From positions 640,001 to 704,000 of the forward strand of contig JAXHLW010000013.1 of the NCBI GenBank assembly GCA_034521815.1: a DNA stretch of 64,000 bases. The letters run 5' to 3'. Position numbers and translations under genes: made by a program. This DNA comes from Trueperaceae bacterium. Lineage in GTDB: Bacteria > Deinococcota > Deinococci > Deinococcales > Trueperaceae. This document shows, piece after piece, positions 19,165-27,434 of this stretch (its first letter is position 1; every line of letters begins with the position of its first letter). Under the pieces are notes generated by a model. That model was not told the DNA's origin and made no database searches. It saw only the letters and a program-made list of their open reading frames with translations.

Positions 19165-19881
19165 CTAGACCTCCGGCAGGTAGCGCCGCCAGATCGGATC
19201 GACGTCCTGGATCAGGCCGTACGCGCTGCTGAACACGAACCGCGGCGCCTTCGGCGGGCGGTCGAGGGCCATGCCGGCTTCGTCGGGCGTGCGGTCGCGC
19301 TTTCGGGCGTTGCACGAGCGGCAGCAGGCCACGACGTTCTCCCAGCTGGTCGAGCCGCCCCGGCTCCGCGGCAGGACGTGGTCCAGGGTCAGATCGCTGC
19401 CGCGCTTCCTGCAGTACTGGCAGCGGTGATCGTCGCGACGGAACAGGTTGCGCCGGTTGAACGCGACCTTCTGGCGGTGAGGTCTTCGAACGTAGCGTGC
19501 CAGGCGCACCACGCTGGGGACCGGCACGACCCGCGAGGGGGTGCGCAGCACGGCCTCGGCGTCCTCGACCCGGACGGCCACCTCGGTCATGATCAGCTGG
19601 ATGGCGCGCTTCACGCTGCAGACGTGCAGCGGCTCGAAGCTGGCGTTGAGGATCAGCACCCGCGCGGCGGCGGGATCGGTGAGCGGCTCGAGACCCAGCT
19701 CGTCGGCGAGGCGCTTCTCGGCGGCAAGGTCCGATGCGGCAAGGTCCGATGCGGCAAGGTCCGATGCGGCATCCGATGACGAATCGGACGCCGAGTCCGC
19801 GAAGCGTTCACGCTCGGCCTCGGACGGTGCGTCGACCAGGACGTCGTGCTGGCGATCGTCGGTGTGCGCGGCGGCCGCCAC
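19165..19881 (-). CDS. HNH endonuclease (McrA-like)
   Basis: VLILNASFEPL, RRNLFRRDDHRCQYC, LTLDHVLPRSRGG, WENVVACCRSCNARK. Confidence 0.92.
   Translation of the reverse strand: MAAAAHTDDRQHDVLVDAPSEAERERFADSASDSSSDAASDLAASDLAASDLAAEKRLADELGLEPLTDPAAARVLILNASFEPLHVCSVKRAIQLIMTEVAVRVEDAEAVLRTPSRVVPVPSVVRLARYVRRPHRQKVAFNRRNLFRRDDHRCQYCRKRGSDLTLDHVLPRSRGGSTSWENVVACCRSCNARKRDRTPDEAGMALDRPPKAPRFVFSSAYGLIQDVDPIWRRYLPEV
19721..19771. repeat. Perfect 15-bp tandem repeat, about 3.4 copies (GCGGCAAGGTCCGAT), encoding AASDL repeats
   Basis: Directly visible in the sequence. Confidence 0.95.
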
Positions 19882-19899
19882 CTCCCTCCGGGCACGATT

Positions 19900-20973
19900 C
19901 TATCCGAGCCGGCCGTGCCGCTCCACGGCCAGCTCCACGAGCCGCTCGATCAGGTCGGGGTACGCCACCCCGGCAGCGGCCCACAGCCGCGGGTACATCG
20001 ACAGCCGCGTGAAGCCGGGAATCGTGTTGATCTCGTTCACCAGCACCTCGCCCGCGGCGGTCAGGAAGAAGTCGACGCGCGCCAGGCCGGCAGCGTCGAC
20101 CAGCTCGAACGCACGGATCGCCAGGCGGCGCAGCGTCGCAGCGGTGTCGGCGGGCACGTCGGCGGGGATCACCAGCTCGGCGCCTCCCTCGGTGTACTTG
20201 TGCTCGTAGTCGTAGAACGCGTCGCCCACGACGCGGATCTCGCCCGCTGGGGCGGCCTGTGGATCGTCGTTGCCCAGAACGGCGACCTCGATCTCGCGGC
20301 CCCCGACGACGGCGGCCTCGACGACGGCGCGGCGATCGTGCCGGAACGCCTCGCGAAGCGCCGCGTCCTGACCGGCAGCGTCGTCGGCGCGACCGATGCC
20401 GACCGACGATCCGAGGTTCGCGGGCTTCACGAAGCGCGGCCAGGGAAGGGCGGCGAGCCGTGCCGCGACGGCGGCGGGATCGTGCGCCCAGGCGTGCTGC
20501 GAGACCTCGCCCCAGGCGACTTGCGGTAGCCCGTCGGCGGCGAAGACGCGCTTCATCGTGGCCTTGTCCATCGCGGCCGCGCTTCCCAGCACGTCCGATC
20601 CGACGAACGGCACGCCCGCGACGCGAAGCAGCCCCTGAACGGTGCCGTCCTCGCCGTTGGGCCCGTGCAGCAACGGGAACACCGCGTCGACGTCGGCCAG
20701 GGACGTGGTCGCGAGGCCGCGGATCAGATCGGGCGCGGCAGCCTCGTCGCGGACGTCTCGGCTGTCCCCGGCGGCCAGGGCGCGCCGACTGGCGTCCTCG
20801 CTCAGAAGCCGCCCGTCACGGTGGATCACGCGCGGCACCAGGTCCATGCGTCCCTCTGCGGCGGCCAGGACGCTGGCGGCGGAGGCCAGCGATACGTCGT
20901 GCTCGCCGGAACGGCCGCCACAGAGCAGCAGGACGCGGCGGCGGCGCGCGGTGCGACGTTCGCGACTGTCCAT
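19900..20973 (-). CDS. ddl: D-alanine--D-alanine ligase
   Basis: GGRSGEHDVS, FPLLHGPNGEDGTVQG, KPANLGSSVG, FYDYEHKY, NEINTIPGFT; start could be 20973 or 20991. Confidence 0.96.
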   Translation of the reverse strand: MDSRERRTARRRRVLLLCGGRSGEHDVSLASAASVLAAAEGRMDLVPRVIHRDGRLLSEDASRRALAAGDSRDVRDEAAAPDLIRGLATTSLADVDAVFPLLHGPNGEDGTVQGLLRVAGVPFVGSDVLGSAAAMDKATMKRVFAADGLPQVAWGEVSQHAWAHDPAAVAARLAALPWPRFVKPANLGSSVGIGRADDAAGQDAALREAFRHDRRAVVEAAVVGGREIEVAVLGNDDPQAAPAGEIRVVGDAFYDYEHKYTEGGAELVIPADVPADTAATLRRLAIRAFELVDAAGLARVDFFLTAAGEVLVNEINTIPGFTRLSMYPRLWAAAGVAYPDLIERLVELAVERHGRLG

Positions 20974-21187
20974 GTGTAGGTTACACATCATGCTGCATCC
21001 TAAGCGGTCGTGCGGGCGGGGTCAACGGGCGTACGCGATCCCGGACCGGACGGGGCTGCATGCTAGCGTGGATTCGGTCTGCATACCAGCGAACGGTGTC
21101 GGTGTCCGAGTCGCCGTACGCTCCACGAGACCGCAACAGACGGCGGACCCTTCCGCTCCCGTTCTTGGCCCCACCTAGGAGGCCCCC

Positions 21188-22696
21188 ATGCTCGTCCGTA
21201 CCTTCTTCTGCACCCGCCTTGGCGTGCACATCGCCGCCAGCGTGCTGACCCTGGCGCTGGTCATCGGAACAGCCTCCGCGCAGACGCTCTCCGTCGGCAT
21301 CGAAATCCCGTCCCAGCTGGACCCCGCGTTCGCCTCGGCCGACTCCGAGATCCTGATCCTCTCGAACGTCTACGACTACCTGGTCGAGATCGACGCCTCG
21401 AACGACGTGCAGCCCGGCCTGGCGACCTCGTGGAGCGTGTCCGAGGACGGCCGCACCTGGACCTTCGAGCTGCGTGACGACGTGACCTACCACAGCGGCG
21501 CGGCGTTCGGCCCCGACGACGTGGTCGCCACGTTCGACCGGCTGCGCGAGCCGGACAGCGGGCTGCCCACCGCCGACGTCTACGCCGACGTCACCTCGGT
21601 CGAGGCCAGCGGCCCCGCCCAGGTGACCTTCACGCTGAGCGAGCCGAACCCGTTCTTCCTGTACGACCTGTCGGACAACCACGCCGTGATCGTCGACGCG
21701 GACGCCACCGATCTGGGCACGACGTTCGACGGCACCGGACCGTTCCGGGTGGCGTCGTACAACGCCGAGGACCGGATGAGCCTCGAGGCCAACGCCGACC
21801 ACTTCGGCGGCGCGCCCGGCGTCGAGCAGGTCGACCTCATCTTCTTCGCCGAGCAGGCCGCCGCCGTCAGCGCGCTGCGAGGCGGACAGATCGACCTGGT
21901 GCTGCGCATGCCCACGCCGCTGTACCAGAGCCTCGAAGGCGCCCGCGGGATCGAGCGGATCAGCGTCCCGACGAACGCCTTCGACCTCCTCCGGCTTCGC
22001 GTCGACCGGGCCCCCGGAAACGACCCGCGCGTCGTCGAGGCGCTCAAGCTGGCCGTCGACCGCGCCTCGATCGTCGAGGTGGTCACCGACGGCCTCGCGG
22101 CCCAGGGCTCCGACACGCCCATCGGCCCGCTGTACGGGGCGTACTACCGTCAGGACGTCACGCCGCCCGCGCGCGACGTCGAGCGGGCGCGCGAGCTGCT
22201 GGCCGAAGCCGGCTACGAAGACGGGCTGGAGCTGGTGCTGAACGTGCCGGACAGCGGCGACCGTCCCGACCTGGCCGTGGTGCTCAAGGAGCAGCTCGAC
22301 GAGGCCGGCTTCGACATCGAGGTCCGCCTGCAGCCCGAAAGCGTGTACTACGGCGACGGCGGCTGGCTCGAGGTCGACTTCGGCATCACCGGCTGGGGCT
22401 CGCGCCCCGTCCCGCAGTTCTACTTCGAGACGATGATCGCCTGCGACGCCGTCTGGAACGAGGCGCACTACTGCGACCCCGAGGTCGACGCGCTGATCGA
22501 GACGGCCGGCAGCACGCTGGACGACGATGAGCGTGCCGAGGCGTACGCCGAGCTTCAGCGCATCCTGGCGAACGACGGTCCGTACGTGATCCCCTACTTC
22601 TTCCCGCAGTTCGCCGCGCTGGCCGACACCTTCACCGGGATGGAGCTCAAGGCCTTCCCGGGCCGTACCGACCTGGCAACGATCACCGTTCGGTGA
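21188..22696 (+). CDS. ABC transporter substrate-binding protein (family 5)
   Basis: Signal peptide, PGLATSW, WTFELRDDVTYHSG, GTGPF; SD AGGAGG. Confidence 0.92.
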   Translation: MLVRTFFCTRLGVHIAASVLTLALVIGTASAQTLSVGIEIPSQLDPAFASADSEILILSNVYDYLVEIDASNDVQPGLATSWSVSEDGRTWTFELRDDVTYHSGAAFGPDDVVATFDRLREPDSGLPTADVYADVTSVEASGPAQVTFTLSEPNPFFLYDLSDNHAVIVDADATDLGTTFDGTGPFRVASYNAEDRMSLEANADHFGGAPGVEQVDLIFFAEQAAAVSALRGGQIDLVLRMPTPLYQSLEGARGIERISVPTNAFDLLRLRVDRAPGNDPRVVEALKLAVDRASIVEVVTDGLAAQGSDTPIGPLYGAYYRQDVTPPARDVERARELLAEAGYEDGLELVLNVPDSGDRPDLAVVLKEQLDEAGFDIEVRLQPESVYYGDGGWLEVDFGITGWGSRPVPQFYFETMIACDAVWNEAHYCDPEVDALIETAGSTLDDDERAEAYAELQRILANDGPYVIPYFFPQFAALADTFTGMELKAFPGRTDLATITVR

Positions 22697-23589
22697 CGAC
22701 GCCCGGAGGTGGGGGTGCGGCCACGGCCGCACCCCCTGCGCAGCCCGCGCCGCTGGCCGGCGCGCGCCACCTGCTGGGCGAGCTGTACGCACGCCCCACG
22801 AGCGCGATCGGCACCACGCTGGTCGCGCTCTTCGTCGCGATGGCGCTGATCGGCCCCTGGCTGGCGCCGTACGGTCCGACCGAGCAGATCCTGAGCGATC
22901 GCTCGCAGGCGCCGGGAGCGGCCCACTGGTTCGGCACCGACCGCTTGGGCCGCGACGTGTTCAGCCGCGTGGTCACCGGGGCGCGCGACATCTTCCTGCT
23001 GGCCGGGGGCGGCACGGCGGTCGCGGTCGCGATCGGCACCGTCGCCGGCCTGGTCACCTCCACGCTGGGCGGCTGGTGGGAAGAGATCACCTTCCGGCTG
23101 TTCGACACGCTCCTGGCCATGCCGGCACTGCTGCTGGCGCTGCTGCTGCTGGGCACCCTCGGACCGTCGCGCAGCAGCGTGCTGTGGGTGATCGCCGTGG
23201 CGTACACCCCGATCGTCGCGCGGGTCGTGCGCAGCGTGGTGCTCAGCGTCAAGACCCGCGAGTGGGTGGCCGCCGCGCGGATGCAGGGGGAGACCCTGCC
23301 GTGGATCCTCACCCGCGAGATCCTGCCCAGCGTCCTGCCCGCCCTGGCGGTCGAGGCCGCGCTGCGCTTCAGCTACGCCATCTTCCTCGTCGCCTCGCTG
23401 GGGTTCCTGGGCGTCGGCGTGCAGCCGCCCAACCCGGACTGGGGCCTGATGGTGGCCGAGGCCCGGGACTACGTCTACCTGACGCCCTGGTCGCTGATCT
23501 TCCCGGCCGCGGCGATCAGCCTGCTGGTCGTGTCGGTGAACCTCGCCGCCGACGGTCTGGGCCGGGCGCTCAGAACGGAGGGCCGATGA
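22693..23589 (+). CDS. ABC permease (DppC-like)
   Basis: HWFGTDRLGRDVFSR, EWVAAARMQGE, PPNPDWG. Confidence 0.92.
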   Translation: MTTPGGGGAATAAPPAQPAPLAGARHLLGELYARPTSAIGTTLVALFVAMALIGPWLAPYGPTEQILSDRSQAPGAAHWFGTDRLGRDVFSRVVTGARDIFLLAGGGTAVAVAIGTVAGLVTSTLGGWWEEITFRLFDTLLAMPALLLALLLLGTLGPSRSSVLWVIAVAYTPIVARVVRSVVLSVKTREWVAAARMQGETLPWILTREILPSVLPALAVEAALRFSYAIFLVASLGFLGVGVQPPNPDWGLMVAEARDYVYLTPWSLIFPAAAISLLVVSVNLAADGLGRALRTEGR

Positions 23590-25670
23590 GCGCCGAGCGG
23601 CGTGGCGCCGGCCTGGAGGTGGAGGGGCTCACCGTCCGCTACGGCGACGGACCGGACGCTCCCGCAGCGATCCGCGACGTCGATCTGCAGGTCGCGCCGG
23701 GCGAGACGGTCGGCCTGGTGGGCGAGTCGGGAAGCGGCAAGACGACGCTGGCGCTGGCGGTGCTGCGCGCGCTGCCCGAGGCCGGCCGCGTCGACGGGGG
23801 ACGGATCTCGCTGGCCGGCGACGACCTGCTGGCGATGGACGCGCGCGCCCTGCGCGAGCTGTGGCGCCACCGGATCAAGCTGGTGCCGCAGAACCCGCTG
23901 CCGTCGATGAACCCGGCCCACACCGTGGGTCATCAGCTGGCCGAGTCGCTGTCGCCCGATCGGCCCGGCCGCGCCGACCGGGAGCGGATCGACGCCATGC
24001 TGGACGCCGTCGGCCTGGCCGATCCGGGGCGCATCCGCCGCTCGTACCCGTTCGAGCTGTCCGGCGGCCAACAGCAGCGCGTCATGATCGCCATGGCGCT
24101 GCTGGGCGAGCCCGAGCTGCTGGTGATGGACGAGCCCACCACGAACCTCGACGTGACGACCGAGGCCGCCATCCTGGAGCTGGTCCGCGGGCTGGTGCGC
24201 GGCTCGGACACCGCCGTGTTGTACGTCAGCCACAGCCTGGGCGTGGTGTCGCAGCTGTGCGACCGCGTCGAGGTGCTCTACGCCGGCGAGCTGGTCGAGT
24301 GCGCCCCGGTCGATGAACTCTACGACGCCCCTCGCCACCCGTACACCGTCGGGCTGTTGGACAGCGTGCCGCTGCTGGGACGCACCAAGACCGACGCGCC
24401 GCTCAGGCCGATCCCCGGTCGCATTCCGGACCCCACCGAGCTGCCCCCCGGCTGCGTGTTCGCGCCCCGTTGTCCCGCCGCGGAGGAGGCCTGCCGGACA
24501 GCGCGCCCGGCGCTGGAGTCGGCGGGACCGAACCGGCTGGTCGCCTGCCGTCGCTGGCGCGAGATCGCGGACGGCGACGTGTCCGCGCGTCAGCCCGCTC
24601 CGGGCCATGCCGAGGAGGCCTTGGAGGTCGCCGCCGGCGACGCTCCCGCCCTGAGCGCGATCGGCATCGAGAAGCGGTTCGAGACGCGCCGCGGCCTCAT
24701 GGACCGGCTTCGTGGACGCGAAGCCGGCGCGGTCAAGGCCCTGCGGGGCGTCGACCTCGAGGTGCGGCAAGGCCGGACGCTGGGCCTGGTCGGCGAGAGC
24801 GGCAGCGGCAAGAGCACGCTGGCCCGCGCCGTCATCGGTCTGGAGCCCGCCAGCGACGGGACGTTCGAGCTCCTGGGCGTGCCGCTCACCCGCCGGCTGG
24901 AGCGTCGCGATCGCGAGGTGATCCGTCGCTTGCAGATGGTGTTCCAGTCCAGCGACGAGGCGCTCAACCCCCACCGCAGCGTGGGCGCCACCTTGCGACG
25001 GCCGTTCATGCACCTCGCCGGGCTGGACCGCGCGGAGGCGGACCGCCGGGTCGCGCGGCTGCTGGAGTCCGTGAACCTGACCGCGGACTACGCCGCCCGC
25101 ATGCCCGATCAGCTGTCGGGCGGCGAGAAGCAGCGCGTGACCGTCGCACGGGCGTTCGCGAGCGATCCCGAGCTGATCCTGTTCGACGAGTCCGTGTCGG
25201 GCCTGGACGTGAGCGTGCAGGCGTCGCTGCTGAACCTCCTCGACGAGCTTCAGCGCGAGCGCCACGCCAGCTACCTGTTCATCAGCCACGACCTCGCCGT
25301 GGTGGCTCACCTCGCGGACGACGTCGCGGTGCTGTACCTGGGCCAGGTGATGGAGTCCGGTCCCGCCGGGACCGTCCTGGCGCCGCCGTACCACCCGTAC
25401 ACCGAAGCGTTGCTGGCCGCCGTGCCGCGGATCGATCCGCACGTCGCAGCGGCACGGCCGCCTCTGGAGGGCGAGGTGCCCAGCCCGCGCGACGTGCCGC
25501 CAGGGTGCCCGTTCGCGACGCGCTGTCCGCGCGTCCTGGGCGCGGTCTGCCACGACGAGCCGCCGCCCGTCACCGTGGACGAGGATGGGCGCCACCGGAT
25601 CCGCTGCCACATCCCTCGTGACGAGCTCCTGGAGCTCCAAGAGCCGCTGGTCGAGAGGGTCGCGACGTGA
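23586..25670 (+). CDS. Fused DppD/DppF double ABC ATPase
   Basis: Two GESGSGK Walker A motifs and two Cys-rich oligo_HPY tails (GCVFAPRC, GCPFATRC). Confidence 0.92.
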   Translation: MSAERRGAGLEVEGLTVRYGDGPDAPAAIRDVDLQVAPGETVGLVGESGSGKTTLALAVLRALPEAGRVDGGRISLAGDDLLAMDARALRELWRHRIKLVPQNPLPSMNPAHTVGHQLAESLSPDRPGRADRERIDAMLDAVGLADPGRIRRSYPFELSGGQQQRVMIAMALLGEPELLVMDEPTTNLDVTTEAAILELVRGLVRGSDTAVLYVSHSLGVVSQLCDRVEVLYAGELVECAPVDELYDAPRHPYTVGLLDSVPLLGRTKTDAPLRPIPGRIPDPTELPPGCVFAPRCPAAEEACRTARPALESAGPNRLVACRRWREIADGDVSARQPAPGHAEEALEVAAGDAPALSAIGIEKRFETRRGLMDRLRGREAGAVKALRGVDLEVRQGRTLGLVGESGSGKSTLARAVIGLEPASDGTFELLGVPLTRRLERRDREVIRRLQMVFQSSDEALNPHRSVGATLRRPFMHLAGLDRAEADRRVARLLESVNLTADYAARMPDQLSGGEKQRVTVARAFASDPELILFDESVSGLDVSVQASLLNLLDELQRERHASYLFISHDLAVVAHLADDVAVLYLGQVMESGPAGTVLAPPYHPYTEALLAAVPRIDPHVAAARPPLEGEVPSPRDVPPGCPFATRCPRVLGAVCHDEPPPVTVDEDGRHRIRCHIPRDELLELQEPLVERVAT

Positions 25671-26611
25671 CGCGCTACCTGCTACGGCGCGTCGGCTTCC
25701 TGGCGCTCACGGTGTTGCTCACCTCGATGCTGGTGTTCGCCGTGACGCAGCTGCTCCCCGGCGATCCGGCCAGGATCATCCTGGGCCGCGAGGCCGGCCC
25801 GGCGGCGCTGGCCCAGCTGCGCGAGGAGCTGGGCCTGGACCGCTCCGTGCCGGTGCAGTACCTGGACTGGCTCGGCGGCTTCATGACCGGTGACTGGGGC
25901 GACAGCTACGGCACCGGTCAGGCGATCCGGCCGCTGGTGACCGAGCGCCTGGGCAACAGCCTTCGCCTGGCCGGCCTGACCCTGCTGGTCGCCGTTCCCC
26001 TGGCGCTGCTGCTGGGCATCGTCGCCGCCGTGAACGCCGAGCGCTGGCCGGACACGCTGATCAGCGTCGGCAGCCTGGCGGTGGTCGGGCTGCCCGAGTT
26101 CGTGACCGGGCTGGTGCTGATCCAGCTGTTCTCGTTCCAGCTGGGCTGGCTGCCCGCCAACGCGTCGATCCCGGCAGGCACCGGGTTCGTGGCCGCCCTG
26201 CCGCAGCTGATCCTGCCGGCGCTCACCGCCACGCTGGTGATGCTGGCGTACGTCGCCCGGCTCACGCGCGCCAGCGTGCTCGAGGAGCTCCAGCGACCGT
26301 ACGTCCGGACCGCGCGACTCAAAGGCGTGACGGGGCGGAGCGTGCTGCTCCGGCACGTGCTCAGGAACGCGCTGCTACCCGCCATCACCGTCATCGCGAT
26401 CAGCTTCGGCTGGCTGATCAGCGGCCTGATCGTCGTCGAGAACGTGTTCAACTACCCGGGCCTCGGAAGGCTGATGACGTTCGCGATCGATCGGCGCGAC
26501 CTGCCGCTGATGCAGTCGATCACGCTGGTGGCCGTCGTGGCGTTCGCCCTGGCGAACCTGATCGCGGACCTGCTGTACGCCGCGCTCGATCCCAGGATCC
26601 GGCTGTCCTGA
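25667..26611 (+). CDS. ABC permease (DppB-like)
   Basis: LLPGDPA, PYVRTARLKG, LDPRI. Confidence 0.92.
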   Translation: MTRYLLRRVGFLALTVLLTSMLVFAVTQLLPGDPARIILGREAGPAALAQLREELGLDRSVPVQYLDWLGGFMTGDWGDSYGTGQAIRPLVTERLGNSLRLAGLTLLVAVPLALLLGIVAAVNAERWPDTLISVGSLAVVGLPEFVTGLVLIQLFSFQLGWLPANASIPAGTGFVAALPQLILPALTATLVMLAYVARLTRASVLEELQRPYVRTARLKGVTGRSVLLRHVLRNALLPAITVIAISFGWLISGLIVVENVFNYPGLGRLMTFAIDRRDLPLMQSITLVAVVAFALANLIADLLYAALDPRIRLS

Positions 26612-26648
26612 CGCTGCCCGATCGGCCGGTTCATCGGACCCGGCCGGA

Positions 26649-27434
26649 TCAGACGCCGGTGAACGACGCGATGCGCTCGCGCGCGTCGTCCGCGTGGGTA
26701 TCCACCTCGCCGGCGACGCGGCCGTCCCGCAGGAACACGATCCGATCGGCCATCATCGCCGCGTTGGGGTCGTGCGACACCATGGCCACCGTCCAGCCGC
26801 GGTCGTTCACGCCGGAGCGGAGCAGGTCGAGCACCTCCTGCCCCGACACCGAGTCCAGGTTGCCCGTCGGCTCGTCCGCGAGGACGACGACCGGATCGTT
26901 CACGAGGGCCCGCGCCAAGGCGACGCGCTGGCGCTGACCCCCGGACAGCTGGGCCGGCCGATGCTCGAGCCGGTCCGCGACGCCCAGGTGCTCGGCCAGG
27001 CTGGCCAGCCGACGCTCGCCTTGGGCGCGTCGCCCCGCCACCTCGGCGGGCAGCAGCACGTTCTCGCGAGCCGACAGGTTCGCGATCAGCTCGAACGTCT
27101 GGAACACGAACCCGATCCGGTCGCGGCGCATCGCCGTCAGCGCGTCGTCGTCCAAGCCGGCGGTGTCCTGCCCGTCCACCAGGACGGTGCCCTCGTCCGG
27201 CGCGTCCAGCAGCCCCAGCAGATGAAGCAGCGTGGACTTGCCGCTCCCCGACGGGCCCATCACCGCCACGAAGCTTCCCGGCGCGATCCGCAGCGAGACG
27301 TCGTCCAGCGCCAGGATCTCGACCTCGCCCAGGCGGTAGCGCTTGCTCAGTCCGACCGCTTCGAGCGCGGGCGCCACGTCGCCCGCGTCGTCGGCCGTCG
27401 CGTTCGCAGGTGGCGGATCAGGGGCTCGCGTCAT
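26649..27434 (-). CDS. ABC transporter ATP-binding protein (MacB/LolD-like)
   Basis: GPSGSGKS, LSGGQRQR, ADEPTGNLD; ATGA-coupled to the upstream permease. Confidence 0.92.
   Translation of the reverse strand: MTRAPDPPPANATADDAGDVAPALEAVGLSKRYRLGEVEILALDDVSLRIAPGSFVAVMGPSGSGKSTLLHLLGLLDAPDEGTVLVDGQDTAGLDDDALTAMRRDRIGFVFQTFELIANLSARENVLLPAEVAGRRAQGERRLASLAEHLGVADRLEHRPAQLSGGQRQRVALARALVNDPVVVLADEPTGNLDSVSGQEVLDLLRSGVNDRGWTVAMVSHDPNAAMMADRIVFLRDGRVAGEVDTHADDARERIASFTGV

Noticed and set aside
19721-19771. Direct repeats as a possible CRISPR array
   Set aside because: Contiguous 15-bp units with no spacers, in frame inside a CDS, and no cas genes
19165-19881. HNH nuclease as a defence system or mobile element
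   Set aside because: Common stand-alone McrA-like family; no methylase, transposase, intron or terminal repeats nearby
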